Positions 61,189 to 64,000 of a DNA stretch of 64,000 nucleotides are shown in pieces; within the stretch, counting starts at the first letter, position 1, and every line of letters begins with the position of its first letter. Source of the DNA: Blepharisma stoltei ATCC 30299 (taxonomy: Eukaryota; Protista; Ciliophora); the NCBI GenBank assembly GCA_965603825.1, contig CBFDEM010000053.1, positions 434,001 through 498,000 on the forward strand, read 5' to 3'. The position numbers and the translations under genes were made by a program. The notes under the pieces are model-generated. The model had not been told where the DNA came from. It saw nothing but the letters and a program-made list of their open reading frames with translations, and did no database searches.

Positions 61189-62394
61189 TTAAAAAAGTTT
61201 CGAATTAACTTTGGCTTCAACATAAAATTTCTCAAAATTTTGAGTTTTAAACCACGGATGCTTTAAAGCTTCGCTTGCACTTACTCTAAAACTAGGTCTA
61301 GGATCCATTATATTTTGCAAGAAATTCACTGCACCAGAAGAAATTGTTTCCCATACTTTTTGGTGAAAATTGATTTTTGCTTCCCTATTGCTAATGATTA
61401 TTTGTTTAACTTCTCTCCCGTAAAAAGGCATAGATCCTGAGAGCAGGATATAGATAACAGCTCCAGCACTGAATACATCAGCCTTGGTTCCGTATGAAAA
61501 ACGATTTAAAATTTCCGGAGCTATATATCCAGGAGATCCGCAGATCTGAGTTAAACCTTCTCCTAACTTAGAAGCCAAGCCAAAATCAGCAAGCTTAAAA
61601 TCATAGTCATTTTCATTTGAGACCATCAGAATATTTTCCAATTTAATGTCTCTATGTACAATGTTTTTTGAGTCTAAATATTCTAAGACTTCAAACAATT
61701 TCTGGCTGAATTTAGCTACTGCTGCTTCAGTAAAATTTTTCTTTTTGATTATTCTTGAATATAAATCGCCTTCTTCAAAGTAATCAAGCACCAAATAAAT
61801 ATGCGAATCACTCTCGTATACACGATGAAGCTTTAATATATTTGGATGATTTAGGCTTCTCATAATCTTTATTTCTTCTATTAGATTGCTCATACTCTGG
61901 GCATTGAGAGTAGCTTTTTCGATTGCTTTTATAGCATACTTCTGGCTGTTTTCATTGGAGATCGCTAAGTAGACTTCTGCTGATTTGCCTTTGCCTATTC
62001 TTTTAACGATAGAAAAATCGTTTTCTATGCCTGACATAATGCAAGTTGATGATAAACAGTCAAGCCACTTATCCAACTTTTCTTTACAGGAAACATAAAA
62101 ATCTTGTGAGTGTTCATCAAGGCCAAGTGTAAAGCCATATCTAATATTTTTATCGTTCTCTTCAGTAAAAGGTTGGACAAACTTTCACTCTATGGGAGAA
62201 ACTTTTTTGTGTTCACTGTTTTTTATGAGCACTGATGTAGTCAATGTATAACTATTTTCTTTAAAAATCTGCTTTTTGGTAACTTCATATAAAGTTTCGG
62301 TTAAAATTTCTTCGGTATCGGGCTGGTTGTATGGCATCCAAAATTTGAAATTGCCTTCTAGATTGCTGTCTATAGGAGTAAAAACTGATGACAT
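61189..62394 (-). CDS. CAMK-family Ser/Thr kinase with N-terminal PH-like region
   Basis: TGA at 62185 aligns with TGG in the paralogue. IGKGKSAEV, YAIK, HRDIKLEN, DFG, CGSPGYIAPE. Confidence 0.9.
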
Positions 62395-63333
62395 TTATTT
62401 ATATATCGTGTGAATTATTTACTGGTAAATATGGGTTAAAATTAAAGAAATGAAAATACTGATCGCCTTTATTTTTTTAGTTTATATTACTTTATTAGGT
62501 TAGAGTATGCAATTATTAGTAATTTCTATGGCAAGTCACTTTAGAAAAAACAACAGTTAAAAAACAAGAATAAAAAAAAATTTTTGGTTTTCTTTAAAAT
62601 TACTCGACTTTATATTCATGTTGTCGGTAATAACTTATGTGCTATAGGAGAGCATAGATTTCTGGTTTATTGGGGAATTTATTTATTGTCAACTCCCTCT
62701 TTTCCAAATAGGTCAGTGAATACATTGAAAAAGAATTTCAAAAAAATTTCAGATGAATAACCGAAAGTTTCAAAGAAAATTTTATCGATGAGGATTAAAA
62801 TCTGCTGAGATATTTTGGATGATAAGTTTAATAATTTTAATTTTATAAAATTAAGTTGCAAAGCACGATTTATCAATTTGCCACTCTACTTAAGATGGGA
62901 ATTATAATTTTTATAGACTTATACTTGATTTGTTAACTCTGAAAATTTGTTAAGAACTTGATAAATGGCTTGAGATTAAAAGGTTAATTCATGAGTCTAT
63001 AAACATCGCAAATTATTATTTAGAAGATCAAAATAATAATAAAATCACATAGGAGAATCAGATTATTTATCAGAATATGAAAGCAGAGTTTCTGAATAAA
63101 TAACGGTATAATTATCATTCTAACCTAAGCTCATTCAATATAATATAAGATGATTTATAATACTAATCTATCATTTACTATAAAACTGTCCACTTGGTAG
63201 AAGAAAATATTACTGAATCCTACATAATTACTGATCCAAAACCAAAAGGGAATTTTATGAATAAAATTGAACTAAAATTCCTGACTTCAAGCAAAATATT
63301 TTATTATTTGTTATTGAGTTAATTTAATTTCTA

Positions 63334-63954
63334 TTAACAAAAGCATGAATCCCTTGGCTGTGGGTGATAACTAATTTTAGTCTTCACCTCTTTGCAATGC
63401 TTTTCCATTACAAGTGTGATCAATTTTTCAAACAAAGTAATAGCTCCTACCAGCCTATCGTCCTCTTTTAATGGATCTCACATTGATGAAGTCTCAAGAT
63501 AATACATGTTTTTCTTTTTTGCTCAATCAATTGCTTCTTGAATTGAAATTTCCCTTGGAAGATCAGATTTATTTCCAACCAAAATAATTGCACAATAATT
63601 CCCACATACCCTCCTTAGATCTCGATATCAATTGTCTAGCTCATTAAAGCTGTTTTTATCTGAAAGATCAAAAAAGACCAAAGCGCCATGGACTCTTTGG
63701 AAATGGCTATGTAACGATTACTGCAGGATTATTTGTCGATATTTGTTCTGTCCTGAAGTGTCTCACACTTGAAGACGAATGGTTTGGTTTGTTGGCTTGT
63801 GGACCCATATATAAGGGTGATATTCAAAGCCAAGTGTAGGATAATGTGGCCATGAAATTCGACTTCGAAGAAATTTGTGCAAAATGGTCGTCTTGCCTGT
63901 ATTTCTTGCGCCGATTATCAGAACTAGCATAGAGAATACCTTTAAAGTTTTCAT
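63334..63954 (-). CDS. Divergent Rab-family small GTPase
   Basis: GARNTGKT, PTLG, QV(W=TGA)DTSGQ, intron 63707-63721, VGNKSD, ETSS; C-terminal CFC prenylation motif, TAA. Confidence 0.88.
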
Positions 63955-64000
63955 TTATAGTTCCTTTTTCTTCATATGAGCTCATCTATTCTAGATAGAT

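Noticed and set aside
62679-62876. 65-aa minus-strand ORF
   Set aside because: Non-ATG start in low-complexity AT-rich DNA; no motif.
1-64000. In-frame TGA as selenocysteine or as mass pseudogenisation
   Set aside because: TGA aligns with conserved Trp, not Cys, and occurs in essential genes with otherwise intact frames.
1-64000. Prokaryotic systems (CRISPR arrays, operons, IS elements), tRNA or rRNA genes
   Set aside because: None seen; the window is eukaryotic with spliceosomal introns and a U6 gene.

Overview
Gene-dense, AT-rich eukaryotic DNA that reads as the macronuclear genome of a heterotrich ciliate, most likely Blepharisma. The supplied standard-code ORF track is fragmented for two reasons. 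First, TGA encodes Trp: it falls on invariant Trp positions of eIF5 W2, DHHC, RING-CH, USP, MORN, EGF and Rab motifs, while TAA and TAG are the stops. Second, genes carry 15-16 nt GT-AG introns, nearly all with A at position 10 (20 identified). Re-annotation gives 34 intact-looking protein genes, including eIF5, MUS81, MAM33, MOB4, a truncated eL13, SAM carrier, GCP5, DHHC, acetyl-CoA synthetase, kinesin-1, DPH1, a WD40-TRP channel fusion, ALG5, an AlkB-like monooxygenase, aquaporin, USP, kinases, MARCH-FHA and Rab. Three tandem duplicates are disrupted (AlkB-like, aspartic-protease-like, kinase), and several protease homologues have lost catalytic residues. Two ncRNA genes lie outside the ORF track: a U6 snRNA, and a candidate box H/ACA guide RNA whose 3' pocket is complementary to the conserved U2 snRNA sequence flanking Psi43/44. 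All calls come from manual motif reading; no database searches were run.
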